A stretch of DNA of 64,000 bases from Polaromonas sp. (GTDB taxonomy: Bacteria; Pseudomonadota; Gammaproteobacteria; Burkholderiales; Burkholderiaceae_C), in contig NZ_JBDNGU010000148.1 in the NCBI RefSeq assembly GCF_041689105.1, positions 805 to 64,804 on the forward strand, given 5' to 3'. The notes beneath the pieces are model-generated. The model was not told where the DNA came from and did not search any database. It saw only the letters and a list, made by a program, of their open reading frames with translations. Position 1 is the first letter of the stretch. Every line of letters begins with the position of its first letter. Positions 14,830 to 26,870 of this stretch are shown one piece after another. The translations under genes and the position numbers were made by a program.

Positions 14830-17394
14830 ATGACCGTCCCTTCACCCGCCCCCCCCGCCCGCCCGCCCGGCACCGCCCCGCTGGCCCGCTGGCGTCACTG
14901 GTGGCGCAAACAATCGCCTACCCGCCAGGACAGATTTGTCACGCTGGGCCCGCTGCTCGCCGTGATGCTGTTCCTGGCGGCCGTGATTGCGGCCTTCGCC
15001 TACTTGCGCATCGAGGAGATCGACCGCGAACAACAAGCCGTCAAACGGGATGTCGAATACGCCCAGCAGCGACTGCGCCTGCGGTTGCTGGAGCGCCAGG
15101 AACAGCTGATGCGCCTGGGCCGAGACGTGTCGAACAAGGAGCTGGACACCGAGGAGTTCGTCGCGCAGGCCGAGTCGCTGGTCAACCAGTACCCCGAGTT
15201 GCTGGCTGTGACCTGGGTGGACTCGCGCCGCAAGGTCAAGGCCACCTATGTCTCGCCAAGCGCCAACGTGGCGCAGGTACGCGCGACCGGCGACCAGCTC
15301 AAATACGGCGAAACAGAGGGTACGTTCAGCCTGGCGCGCGATTTGCGCCAGCCGGTTTACTCGCGCCCACTGACCACCCGGGACGATGCGAGCTACAACG
15401 GCCCCAGCCTGCAGTTGCAGGTACCGCTGGACGACCAGGGCAAGTTCGGCGGCGTGATCATGGGCGAATACGCGATCGACGGCCTGCTGCGCTTTGGCGT
15501 TCCAACCGAAGTCACCGCCAAATACGCGGTGGCGCTGCTCGACGACAAGGGCAAGTTGCTGGCCGGCAACCTGCCGCCACCGCGAAACACCGCCGCCAAA
15601 CTGCTGCCCTGGTCTGACGAAGCCCAGGAGTACGAGATCCCGGTTTCTCCGGTCGGCAATGGCTTGCTGCTCAAGGCCCAGGGCTACCGGGCATCGCTCG
15701 GTGTCGTGGGCAGCGGTTTTTTCTGGCTGGTGAGCGCGCTGAGCGCCCTCACAGTCTGGATGCTGATGGGCACCTGGCGCCACACGCGGCGACGCGTGCA
15801 GGCGCAGGAGGCGTTGATCTCGGAAACCAACTTCCGCCGCGCCATGGAAAACTCCATGCTGACCGGCATGCGCGCGCTTGACCTGCAGGGCCGCATCACC
15901 TATGTCAACCCGGCGTTTTGCCAGATGACGGGCTGGAGCGAAGGTGAACTGGTGGGCCGCACCGCCCCCTTCCCCTACTGGCCCGAGCAGGACCGCGACA
16001 CGCTGGCAGCGCGGCTGGACGACGAGTTGCACGGTCGGTCCACACCCGGCGGTTTTGAAGTGCGCATCAAGCGCAAAAGCGGCGCAATTTTCGATGGCCG
16101 CATGTATGTTTCGCCGCTGATCGATCCGCGCGGCCAGCAGACCGGCTGGATGACCTCGGTCACCGACATCACCGAGCCCAAACGCATTCGCGAGGAGCTC
16201 TCCAACTCCTATGAACGCTTCACCACCGTGCTTGAAGGGCTGGACGCCGCCGTGTCCGTCGCGCCGCTGGGCAGCGAAGAGCTTTTGTTTGCCAACAAGC
16301 TCTACCGCGCCTGGTTTGGCGGGGAGGTCTCAGGCCACATGAACCTGATTGCGCAGGCCGGCGTGCCGCCCGTGGCGCCCACCAACGACACGCTGGACCC
16401 CGTGGACGGACTGGCCGGCTTCCCGACCGACACCCTGACGACGGCCCAGACCGAAAACGCCGAAATTTTTGTGCCCGAACTCGGCAAATGGCTGGAAGTG
16501 CGCTCGCGCTACCTGACCTGGGTGGACGGTCGCCTCGCACAGATGGTGATTGCCACCGACATCACGCCGCGCCGCCACGCCGAGGAGCAGTCGGCCCAGC
16601 AGGCCGAACGCGCCCAATCGGCCAGCCGCCTGATCACCATGGGCGAAATGGCATCCAGCGTCGCCCACGAGCTCAATCAGCCGCTGACCGCCATCAACAA
16701 CTACTGCAATGGCATGGTCTCGCGCATCAAGGGCCAGCAGATCAGCAATGAAGACCTGCTGGTGGCGCTGGAGAAAACGGCCAAACAGGCACACCGGGCC
16801 GGGCAGATCATCCAGCGCATCCGCTCCTTCGTCAAACGCAGCGAGCCCAACCGCACCGCGTCCGACGTGGCCACCATGGTCAGCAACGCCATGGAACTGG
16901 CCGACATCGAACTCCGCCGCCACAACGTGCGCCTGAGCCATTACATCGCTGCACGCCTGCCGCCCGTGATGGTCGACCCCATCCTGATCGAGCAGGTGCT
17001 GATCAACCTGATGAAAAACGGCGCGGAGTCGATCGCCCAGGCCAAGCGGCCCACGGCGCGCCGCAGCGTCGAGTTGCGCGTGGTGCCCAAACACATCGAT
17101 GACCAGAGCGTGATCGAGTTCTCGGTGCTGGACTCGGGCAAGGGCCTGTCGCCTGAAGTCATGAGCCGCCTCTATGAAGCCTTCTACTCGACCAAGGCCG
17201 AAGGCATGGGTATCGGCCTGAAGCTGTGCCGCAGTATTGTCGAGTCGCACCAGGGCAGGATGCAGGCTGAGAACCTCTACAATGGCGACGAAGTGGTGGG
17301 GTGCCGGTTTACCTTCTGGATCCCCGTGACTCCCCTGCTTTCACCAGCCCTGGCTGCCACAGAAACACCGTCCCCTCCGGCCGGCGTTCACTGA
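14830..17394 (+). CDS. Membrane PAS-domain sensor histidine kinase
   Basis: 854 aa. Two TM segments flank a periplasmic region, followed by PAS-like repeats, the H-box SSVAHELNQPL and ATPase boxes (LINLMKNGAES, DSGKGL, GMGIGL). Confidence 0.85.
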   Translation: MTVPSPAPPARPPGTAPLARWRHWWRKQSPTRQDRFVTLGPLLAVMLFLAAVIAAFAYLRIEEIDREQQAVKRDVEYAQQRLRLRLLERQEQLMRLGRDVSNKELDTEEFVAQAESLVNQYPELLAVTWVDSRRKVKATYVSPSANVAQVRATGDQLKYGETEGTFSLARDLRQPVYSRPLTTRDDASYNGPSLQLQVPLDDQGKFGGVIMGEYAIDGLLRFGVPTEVTAKYAVALLDDKGKLLAGNLPPPRNTAAKLLPWSDEAQEYEIPVSPVGNGLLLKAQGYRASLGVVGSGFFWLVSALSALTVWMLMGTWRHTRRRVQAQEALISETNFRRAMENSMLTGMRALDLQGRITYVNPAFCQMTGWSEGELVGRTAPFPYWPEQDRDTLAARLDDELHGRSTPGGFEVRIKRKSGAIFDGRMYVSPLIDPRGQQTGWMTSVTDITEPKRIREELSNSYERFTTVLEGLDAAVSVAPLGSEELLFANKLYRAWFGGEVSGHMNLIAQAGVPPVAPTNDTLDPVDGLAGFPTDTLTTAQTENAEIFVPELGKWLEVRSRYLTWVDGRLAQMVIATDITPRRHAEEQSAQQAERAQSASRLITMGEMASSVAHELNQPLTAINNYCNGMVSRIKGQQISNEDLLVALEKTAKQAHRAGQIIQRIRSFVKRSEPNRTASDVATMVSNAMELADIELRRHNVRLSHYIAARLPPVMVDPILIEQVLINLMKNGAESIAQAKRPTARRSVELRVVPKHIDDQSVIEFSVLDSGKGLSPEVMSRLYEAFYSTKAEGMGIGLKLCRSIVESHQGRMQAENLYNGDEVVGCRFTFWIPVTPLLSPALAATETPSPPAGVH

Positions 17395-17430
17395 CAAGCT
17401 GTTTGATACCGTTTACGCAAAAGGTTTGGC

Positions 17431-18057
17431 ATGAGCTTGATTCCAAAAAAAGGCACCGTGTATGTCGTCGATGATGACGAGGGTGTACGTGACTCGCTCC
17501 AGTGGCTGCTCGAAGGCAAGGACTACCGGGTGCGCTGCTACGACTCCGCCGAAACCTTCCTGAGCCGTTACGACGCGCGCGAAGTCGCCTGCCTGATCGT
17601 GGACATCCGCATGGGCGGCATGACCGGCCTGGAACTGCAGGACCGCCTGGTTGAACGCAAATCTCCTCTTCCCATCGTTTTCATCACCGGCCACGGCGAC
17701 GTGCCCATGGCCGTGGACACCATGAAAAAAGGCGCGATGGACTTCATCCAGAAACCTTTTCAGGAAGAAGCCCTGGTCAGCCTGGTCGAACGCATGCTCG
17801 ATCAGGCCAAGGAAGCCTTCAGCGAACACCAGCAGTCGGCCAGCCGCGACGCCCTGCTCGCCAAGCTGACCTCGCGCGAAGCGCAGGTGCTCGAACGCAT
17901 CGTGGCGGGCCGCCTGAACAAGCAGATTGCCGACGACCTTGGCATCAGCATCAAGACGGTGGAGGCGCACCGCGCCAACATCATGGAAAAGCTCAATGCC
18001 AACACTGTGGCCGACCTGCTGAAAATCGCGCTGGGCTCGAGCGCACCCAAAGCCTGA
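17431..18057 (+). CDS. FixJ/LuxR-family response regulator
   Basis: Receiver domain (VVDDDEG, LIVDIRMGGMTG, FITGHGD) plus a LuxR HTH (LTSREAQVLERIVAGRLNKQIADDLGISIKTVEAHRANIMEKL). Confidence 0.9.
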   Translation: MSLIPKKGTVYVVDDDEGVRDSLQWLLEGKDYRVRCYDSAETFLSRYDAREVACLIVDIRMGGMTGLELQDRLVERKSPLPIVFITGHGDVPMAVDTMKKGAMDFIQKPFQEEALVSLVERMLDQAKEAFSEHQQSASRDALLAKLTSREAQVLERIVAGRLNKQIADDLGISIKTVEAHRANIMEKLNANTVADLLKIALGSSAPKA

Positions 18058-18070
18058 CCCCTTTCTTTCG

Positions 18071-18135
18071 CTATTGTTTCGATAGCTGCTTGCGCCCGTG
18101 GTTCATGGACCAGCGGGCGTTTTTACTTCAAAAAT
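18071..18135 (+). repeat. R2 motif copy A (intergenic)
   Basis: CTATTGTTTCGATAGCTGCTTGCGCCCG core. It matches copy B at 24/27 and copy C at 25/28 positions. Confidence 0.7.
18092..18124 (+). terminator. Terminator-like hairpin after the response regulator gene (3' half of R2-A)
   Basis: GCGCCCGTGG-TTCATGGA-CCAGCGGGCG followed by TTTTT. Confidence 0.6.
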
Positions 18136-18141
18136 CGACAC

Positions 18142-19020
18142 ATGACTGCACAACTCATTGACGGCAATGCATTGTCCAAACAACTGCGCGGCGATGTCGC
18201 CCTGCGCGCCGCGGCCTTGCGCGCAAGAGGCGTGGTCCCCGGTCTGGCCGTGGTGCTGGTCGGCGAGAACCCGGCCAGCCAGGTGTATGTGCGCAACAAG
18301 GTCAAGGCCTGCCAGGAAAGCGGCCTGCACTCGGTGCTGGAGCAATACCCGGCCACGCTCAGCGAGGCCGACCTGCTGGCGCGCGTGGATGCGCTGAACC
18401 GGGACCCGGCCATTCACGGCATCCTGGTGCAACTGCCGCTGCCCGCGCACATTGATGCACACAAGGTCATTGAAGCGATTTCACCGGCCAAGGACGTGGA
18501 CGGTTTCCATGTGGCCAGCGCCGGCGCGCTGATGGTCGGCCAGCCCGGCTTCTGGCCCTGCACGCCCTACGGCTGCATAAAGATGCTGGAAAGCCTCCAT
18601 GACGGAAAAGGTTACGACCTGAGGGGAAAACACGCGGTAGTGATAGGCCGCAGCAACATCGTGGGCAAACCCATGGCGCTGATGCTGCTGCAAAAAAACG
18701 CCACCGTCACCATCTGCCACAGCGGCACCCAGAACCTCAAGGCCCTGACACTTCAGGCCGATGTGGTGGTTGCCGCCGTGGGCAAACGCAATGTACTGAC
18801 GGCCGACATGGTCAAGCCAGGCGCGGTGGTCATCGACGTCGGCATGAACCGCAACGAGGCTGGCAAACTCTGCGGCGATGTGGATTTCGAAGGCGTCAGG
18901 GAAGTGGCCGGCTGGATCACTCCGGTGCCGGGGGGTGTCGGCCCCATGACCATCACCATGCTGCTGGTCAATACGCTCGAAGCGGCTGAAAAGGCCCCCA
19001 CGGTTGCTCGCTTCGCGTAG
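18142..19020 (+). CDS. folD: Bifunctional methylenetetrahydrofolate dehydrogenase/cyclohydrolase
   Basis: 292 aa. [16 protein letters not shown]..., [34 protein letters not shown]. Confidence 0.93.
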   Translation: MTAQLIDGNALSKQLRGDVALRAAALRARGVVPGLAVVLVGENPASQVYVRNKVKACQESGLHSVLEQYPATLSEADLLARVDALNRDPAIHGILVQLPLPAHIDAHKVIEAISPAKDVDGFHVASAGALMVGQPGFWPCTPYGCIKMLESLHDGKGYDLRGKHAVVIGRSNIVGKPMALMLLQKNATVTICHSGTQNLKALTLQADVVVAAVGKRNVLTADMVKPGAVVIDVGMNRNEAGKLCGDVDFEGVREVAGWITPVPGGVGPMTITMLLVNTLEAAEKAPTVARFA

Positions 19021-19105
19021 CGCCCTGCCCCCCTAGGGGGCCGCTGCGCCTGCGGACTGGCAAAGCCAGATCCGCGGCTCCTGCTTGAAAAGAAGGGGGC
19101 AGTCT
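19021..19105. repeat. R1-related short or rearranged copy
   Basis: Shares the GCCCCCCTAGGGGGC palindrome and the CTGCGGACTGGC-AAA-GCCAGATCCGCGG hairpin, and ends in CTCCTGCTTGA. It lies between the convergent folD and DUF4149 genes. Confidence 0.45.
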
Positions 19106-19118
19106 TTGGATACGCAGG

Positions 19119-19556
19119 CTAAGCGGCGTCCGCTTTCGTCGAATGGCTGAGGACCCACAGCGTCCAGCCGGCCGCCAGCCATTGCGCCACATACATCGCG
19201 GTGCCGAGGCCGTGCCAGAGCTTTAGATTGCCACCATCGGCGCGCGCGTTGACGATGCGCGGCGACATGCCAAACTCGACCAGCACCGCCAGCAGCAGCC
19301 CAACCACTACATATTTCATAGCAGCTTGCGCAGGAGGCGTAAGGGCCCCGGCCTCTTTTCCCTTAAGAAGCAGCAGCAAAAAGAAGGCACAACTGATGCT
19401 CAGCCAGGTCTGGGCCGTGAACAGTTTTGCAGCCATGGCGCCGGCGGCCGCAGGGCTGGGCAGGTGAATGAACAACATCGGCACCACGACAAAACCCAGA
19501 CCGGTCAGGCTGCCCCACCAGAGGGCGGCCAGAAGGATGCTGATCCGTGGCTTCAT
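19119..19556 (-). CDS. DUF4149-like small integral membrane protein
   Basis: 145 aa with four predicted hydrophobic helices. Adjacency to greA is common for this family. Confidence 0.65.
   Translation of the reverse strand: MKPRISILLAALWWGSLTGLGFVVVPMLFIHLPSPAAAGAMAAKLFTAQTWLSISCAFFLLLLLKGKEAGALTPPAQAAMKYVVVGLLLAVLVEFGMSPRIVNARADGGNLKLWHGLGTAMYVAQWLAAGWTLWVLSHSTKADAA
19311..19370 (+). repeat. R2 motif copy G (inside the DUF4149 CDS)
   Basis: ATATTTCATAGCAGCTTGCGCAGGAGGCGTAAGGGCCCCGGCCTCTTTTCCCTTAAGAAG. It shares the core, the AAGGGC..GCC hairpin and the TTTT..CTTAAG tail with copies D and E. Confidence 0.6.
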
Positions 19557-19564
19557 GGGCCAGG

Positions 19565-20041
19565 CTAGATGTACATCACCGCGATGATTTCGTAACGCTT
19601 GATGCCGCCGGGCGCCTGCACCTCAGCGGTATCGCCCTCATCCTTGCCGATCAGCGCGCGGGCAATCGGCGAGCTGATATTGACGCGGCCTTCCTTGATG
19701 TCGGCCTCGTCCTCGCCAACGATCTGATAAGTCACCTTGTCACCAGTGTCTTCGTCCTGGAGCTCGATGGTCGAGCCAAAAACGACTTTACCGCCGGCGT
19801 CGACCTCGGACGGATCGATGATCTGGGCCGCCGACAGCTTGCCCTCGATTTCCTGGATGCGGCCTTCGATAAACCCCTGGCGGTCCTTGGCGGCATCGTA
19901 CTCGGCGTTTTCGCTCAGGTCGCCCTGGGCACGCGCCTCGGAAATCGAGTTGATCACCCACGGGCGGTCAACGGTCTTGAGCTGGTGCAGTTCGGCCTTG
20001 AGCTTTTCTGCGCCCTTTTTTGTAATGGGAATGGTTGCCAT
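19565..20041 (-). CDS. greA: Transcription elongation factor GreA
   Basis: 158 aa. [22 protein letters not shown]..., [10 protein letters not shown]. Confidence 0.93.
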   Translation of the reverse strand: MATIPITKKGAEKLKAELHQLKTVDRPWVINSISEARAQGDLSENAEYDAAKDRQGFIEGRIQEIEGKLSAAQIIDPSEVDAGGKVVFGSTIELQDEDTGDKVTYQIVGEDEADIKEGRVNISSPIARALIGKDEGDTAEVQAPGGIKRYEIIAVMYI

Positions 20042-20055
20042 GGTTTGAGTCCTCC

Positions 20056-20089
20056 AAAAGCGAAACCGCCACCAGTCACCCGGCGGCGG
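20056..20089 (-). terminator. Possible attenuator/terminator hairpin between carB and greA
   Basis: The minus strand reads CCGCCGCCGGG-TGA-CTGGTGGCGG followed by TTTCGCTTTT. The stem is imperfect. Confidence 0.35.
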
Positions 20090-20159
20090 CGTCTTAACAT
20101 GTTTGTCCTGGTGCCAGTTTAATGCATCTGCACCGGCACCGAATCGGTACTTGCCCCGA

Positions 20160-23382
<3,223 letters not shown>

Positions 23383-23390
<8 letters not shown>

Positions 23391-24555
23391 GTTTGTGTTG
23401 CTCCATCAGTGCCGTGAAGCGGTCGAACAAATACGAAATGTCGTGCGGCCCGGGCGATGCTTCCGGGTGGCCCTGGAAGCAGAAGGCCGGCTGGTCGGTG
23501 CGGGCCAAGCCCTGCAAGGTGCCGTCAAACAGGCTGATATGCGTCGGGCGCAGGTTGGCCGGCAGTGTTTTTTCATCCACCGCAAAACCGTGGTTCTGGC
23601 TGGTGATGCTGACGCGCCCGTTATCAAGGTCCTTGACCGGGTGGTTGGCACCGTGGTGGCCGAACTTCATCTTGAAGGTTTTCGCGCCACTGGCCAGCGC
23701 CATGATCTGGTGGCCCAGGCAGATGCCGAAGGTGGGAATGCCGGTTTCGATCAGCTCGCGCACCGCGGCAATCGCGTAGTCGCAAGGCTCCGGGTCACCG
23801 GGGCCGTTGGCCAGGAAGATACCGTCCGGCTTGAGTTTGAGCACATCCGCTGCAGGCGTCTGCGCCGGCACCACCGTGATGCGCGCGCCGCGCTCAGCCA
23901 TCATACGCAGGATGTTTTTCTTGACGCCGTAATCAAAAGCAACAACGTGAAATTTGGGTGTGATCTGCACACCGTAGCCGGCGCCCAGCTTCCACTCGGT
24001 CTGCGTCCATTCGCAGGTCTGCTTGACCGAGACCACCTTGGCCAGATCCAGGCCGGCCATGCTGGGCGCGGCCTTGGCCCCCGCTATGGCCTTGTCTTTG
24101 GCGGCTTGTGTCACGAACTCGCCGGGGGCCAATGTCAGGATGCAGCCGTTTTGCGCGCCCTGCGTGCGCAGGTGACGGGTCAGCTGGCGCGTGTCGATGC
24201 CGGCGATGGCAACGGTCTTTTCCTTGACCAAGTACTCGGTCAGGGTCATGTCCATGCGGAAATTCGAGGCCAGCAGCGGCAGGTCCTTGATGATCAGGCC
24301 GGCGGCATGGACTTTTTCTGCTTCCACGTCTTCAGCATTGATGCCGTAGTTGCCGATATGGGGATATGTGAGGGTGACGATCTGCTGGCAATAGCTGGGG
24401 TCGGTCAGGATTTCCTGGTAGCCGGTCATGGCGGTGTTGAACACCACCTCGCCGACGGTGGAGCCGGGGGCGCCTATGGAATTGCCGATAAAGACCGTGC
24501 CGTCTGCGAGCGCCAAAATGGCGTGAGGGGTATTTCCCTGTAGAGACAAAAGCAC
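23383..24555 (-). CDS. carA: Carbamoyl-phosphate synthase small subunit
   Basis: GATase triad region GICLGHQ and [14 protein letters not shown] prefer the GTG start at 24555, preceded by GGAGA at a 5-nt spacing, over the track's TTG at 24588. Confidence 0.9.
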
Positions 24556-24943
24556 TGGGTTCTCCGGGTTGGTTACGGGTACGCCCAAGCGTGCTCAAGA
24601 AATGACTCTTGGTGACTGCTTTTGGAAGGGAGTTGGCTTGAATGCGCTAGGCGTACAGGGGTTTGCGGGAAAGCCCCTGATTATAGCCGAGCCGAAATTG
24701 CCCCACGCCCGTCGTTTCGCGTACGACGCTGGTGCCGAACGGGGAAATTGTCCAAAAGGCGTCCTCTGCAAACGCGTCGTATTGTCCCAAATCATTGCGC
24801 CACCCTCCAGTGCATGCGAGGATTCCCTGAGTTCGCGCGTTGGCGTTGTCGCTCACCGTTTTCGAACTGAGTCGATTGCTGTCCGTCAGGGCCTTGAGAA
24901 CGATTAGGGGCCCATGTTGTCACTTCACGTCAAGGAAATGATT

Positions 24944-25420
24944 ATGAACAAAGAACTTGCCACAGCCCTGATGGTGCTTGTCCTGGGGGCCAGCCATGTT
25001 GCGGCGCAAGAAGTCACCTATCGCAACAGCATCGCGCCGCTATGGAAAGCTCAATGCATCGCCTGTCATGGTGCGCCATCGCCTGAACGCGCTGATTTTT
25101 TGCTCGACGAGAAGGGTTATGAAGCCAGGTCTCAGGGGCCGCGCATGGATTCCTACGAGCGTTTCATCGCGTTTATCGCCTGGCCCGATACCGGGGCACT
25201 GATGCGCCGACTGGACGATGGAACCAGCCCGAACGCCGGCGGCAAACCAGGCAACATGAATCAATATCTCGGCTCTACAGCGCAAGAGCGTGCTGTAAAT
25301 CTCAAGATCGTCAAAGCCTGGGTCGGCGACGGAGCCTGGAACCTCAACCGCTGGAACAAACGCGGAGAGGTGCCCGCTGTCACCAAAGAACAACTGGACA
25401 AGATCAAGGTGAAGTACTGA
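24944..25420 (+). CDS. Small secreted c-type cytochrome-domain protein
   Basis: Start at Met11 of the track ORF (AAGGA upstream). Signal peptide MNKELATALMVLVLGASHVAA and a single CxxCH haem motif (CIACHG). Function unknown. Confidence 0.6.
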   Translation: MNKELATALMVLVLGASHVAAQEVTYRNSIAPLWKAQCIACHGAPSPERADFLLDEKGYEARSQGPRMDSYERFIAFIAWPDTGALMRRLDDGTSPNAGGKPGNMNQYLGSTAQERAVNLKIVKAWVGDGAWNLNRWNKRGEVPAVTKEQLDKIKVKY

Positions 25421-25499
25421 TCTGCTGATTGCATTTCCCAATAGCAGGCAATTGGCTAACCGCACATGGCTCGCCGCCCTAAAGCGCCTTTCTTTGGGT

Positions 25500-26285
25500 T
25501 CAGCGTTTGGTGGTCTGCGCCAGGGCGCTGGCGTGCAGACAGATGGCCGCCGCAGCCGCCACATTGAGCGACTCCTCCCCGCCAGGCTGGCCGATACGCA
25601 CCGACAGGCTGGCTCTGGCCACCAGGTCGTCGCTGACTCCCTGCCCTTCGTGGCCCATGGCCCAGGCGCAGGGCATGGGCAGCGCCTGCTGGTGCAGCAA
25701 GCTGCCGTGGTGCGAGCTGGTCACAAGGATGGGTACCGCGAGCGTGTGGAGGTCATCGGGCGCCAGCCCTTCGATCAGTTGCAACGCGAAATGTGCGCCC
25801 ATGCCGGCGCGCAACACCTTCGGCGACCAGAGCGCCGCCGTGCCCTTGAGCGCCAGCACCTGGCTGAAACCAAAAGCAGCGGCACTGCGCAGCATGGAGC
25901 CGACATTACCGGCGTCCTGGACACGATCCAGAATCAGCGACGCTGCACCTGCCGACAACACGCCTGGCGCCGGCAGATCGATCACAAAACCCATGCGGGC
26001 CGGCGACTCCAGCGTACTGATGTCGGGCATCAGCACATCGGAAATCACTATTGTTTTGATAGCTGCCTGCGTCCATTCGGCAGGGGCTAATGGCCAAAAT
26101 GACTCACAAAACACGGCGATGGCGGGCCGCAGCCCACGAGCCAGCGCCGCACGGCACAGGTGGTCGCCTTCCAGCCAGACCCGGCCCTGCTTGCGGTAGG
26201 CGGTGTTGTCCTGGGAGAGTCTGCGGATGTCCTTGAGCAAGGCATTGCCTTGCGAGCTCACAAAAACCGGCGCGCCCGCGCTCAA
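25500..26285 (-). CDS. SpoU/TrmH-family RNA 2'-O-methyltransferase
   Basis: Motifs [43 protein letters not shown]. The start is uncertain: TTG 26285 overlapping the rnhB stop, or GTG 26261. Confidence 0.8.
   Translation of the reverse strand: MSAGAPVFVSSQGNALLKDIRRLSQDNTAYRKQGRVWLEGDHLCRAALARGLRPAIAVFCESFWPLAPAEWTQAAIKTIVISDVLMPDISTLESPARMGFVIDLPAPGVLSAGAASLILDRVQDAGNVGSMLRSAAAFGFSQVLALKGTAALWSPKVLRAGMGAHFALQLIEGLAPDDLHTLAVPILVTSSHHGSLLHQQALPMPCAWAMGHEGQGVSDDLVARASLSVRIGQPGGEESLNVAAAAAICLHASALAQTTKR
26048..26106 (+). repeat. R2 motif copy B (inside the TrmH-family CDS)
   Basis: CTATTGTTTTGATAGCTGCCTGCGTCC... On the gene strand it encodes ...[13 protein letters not shown]. Confidence 0.65.
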
Positions 26286-26863
26286 CGCAGGACCTCGGCC
26301 ACCGGGCTGAACGAGCGGCGATGCTGCGGGCATGCGCCATACTGGCGCAAGGCGGCCAGGTGTTCGGCGGTCCCGTAGCCCTTGTGGCCGGCAAAGCCGT
26401 ACTGCGGGTATTCGAGGTGAAACTGCTCGCACCAGCGGTCGCGGTGAACCTTGGCAAGGATGGAGGCAGCAGAAATCGACGGTACCAGCGCATCGCCCCT
26501 GACGATGGCCTCGGCCAGGATGCTCAGCGCAGGCAGCCGGTTGCCGTCAACCAACACCTTCACGGGCTTGAGCCGCAGGCCTTCGACCGCGCGTTTCATG
26601 GCCAGCATGGTGGCCTGGAGGATGTTGAGCGTGTCGATTTCCTCGGCCGTGGCCATCGCGATTGAGCAGCACAAGGCCTTGGCACGGATCTCATCGTAGA
26701 GCTTCTCGCGCCGCAGCGCGGTGAGCACCTTGGAGTCGGCCAGGCCCTTGATGGGCTGCAGGTCGTCCAGGATCACCGCTGCAGCCACCACGGGGCCGGC
26801 CAGCGGCCCGCGGCCGGCTTCGTCCACACCGGCCCACAGGCCGGGTGTGTCCCAGGACAGCAT
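26282..26863 (-). CDS. rnhB: Ribonuclease HII
   Basis: [17 protein letters not shown] chose the start at Met13 of the track ORF to match the usual N-terminal length and to avoid overlap with lpxB. Confidence 0.9.
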   Translation of the reverse strand: MLSWDTPGLWAGVDEAGRGPLAGPVVAAAVILDDLQPIKGLADSKVLTALRREKLYDEIRAKALCCSIAMATAEEIDTLNILQATMLAMKRAVEGLRLKPVKVLVDGNRLPALSILAEAIVRGDALVPSISAASILAKVHRDRWCEQFHLEYPQYGFAGHKGYGTAEHLAALRQYGACPQHRRSFSPVAEVLR

Positions 26864-26870
26864 GACCTGC

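Noticed and set aside
24380-24400. CAATAGCTGG in carA and TTTCATAGCAGG in dadA (about 42040-42070) as further R2 copies
   Set aside because: Only 9-11 nt of the core match, with no T-rich leader, hairpin or tail. This is compatible with chance, so I did not count them in the orientation tally.
24569-24907. 112-aa ORF (and three smaller ones) in the carA upstream gap
   Set aside because: There is no ribosome-binding site in a sensible position, no motifs, and several overlapping alternative frames of similar length. I kept the region only as a non-coding finding.
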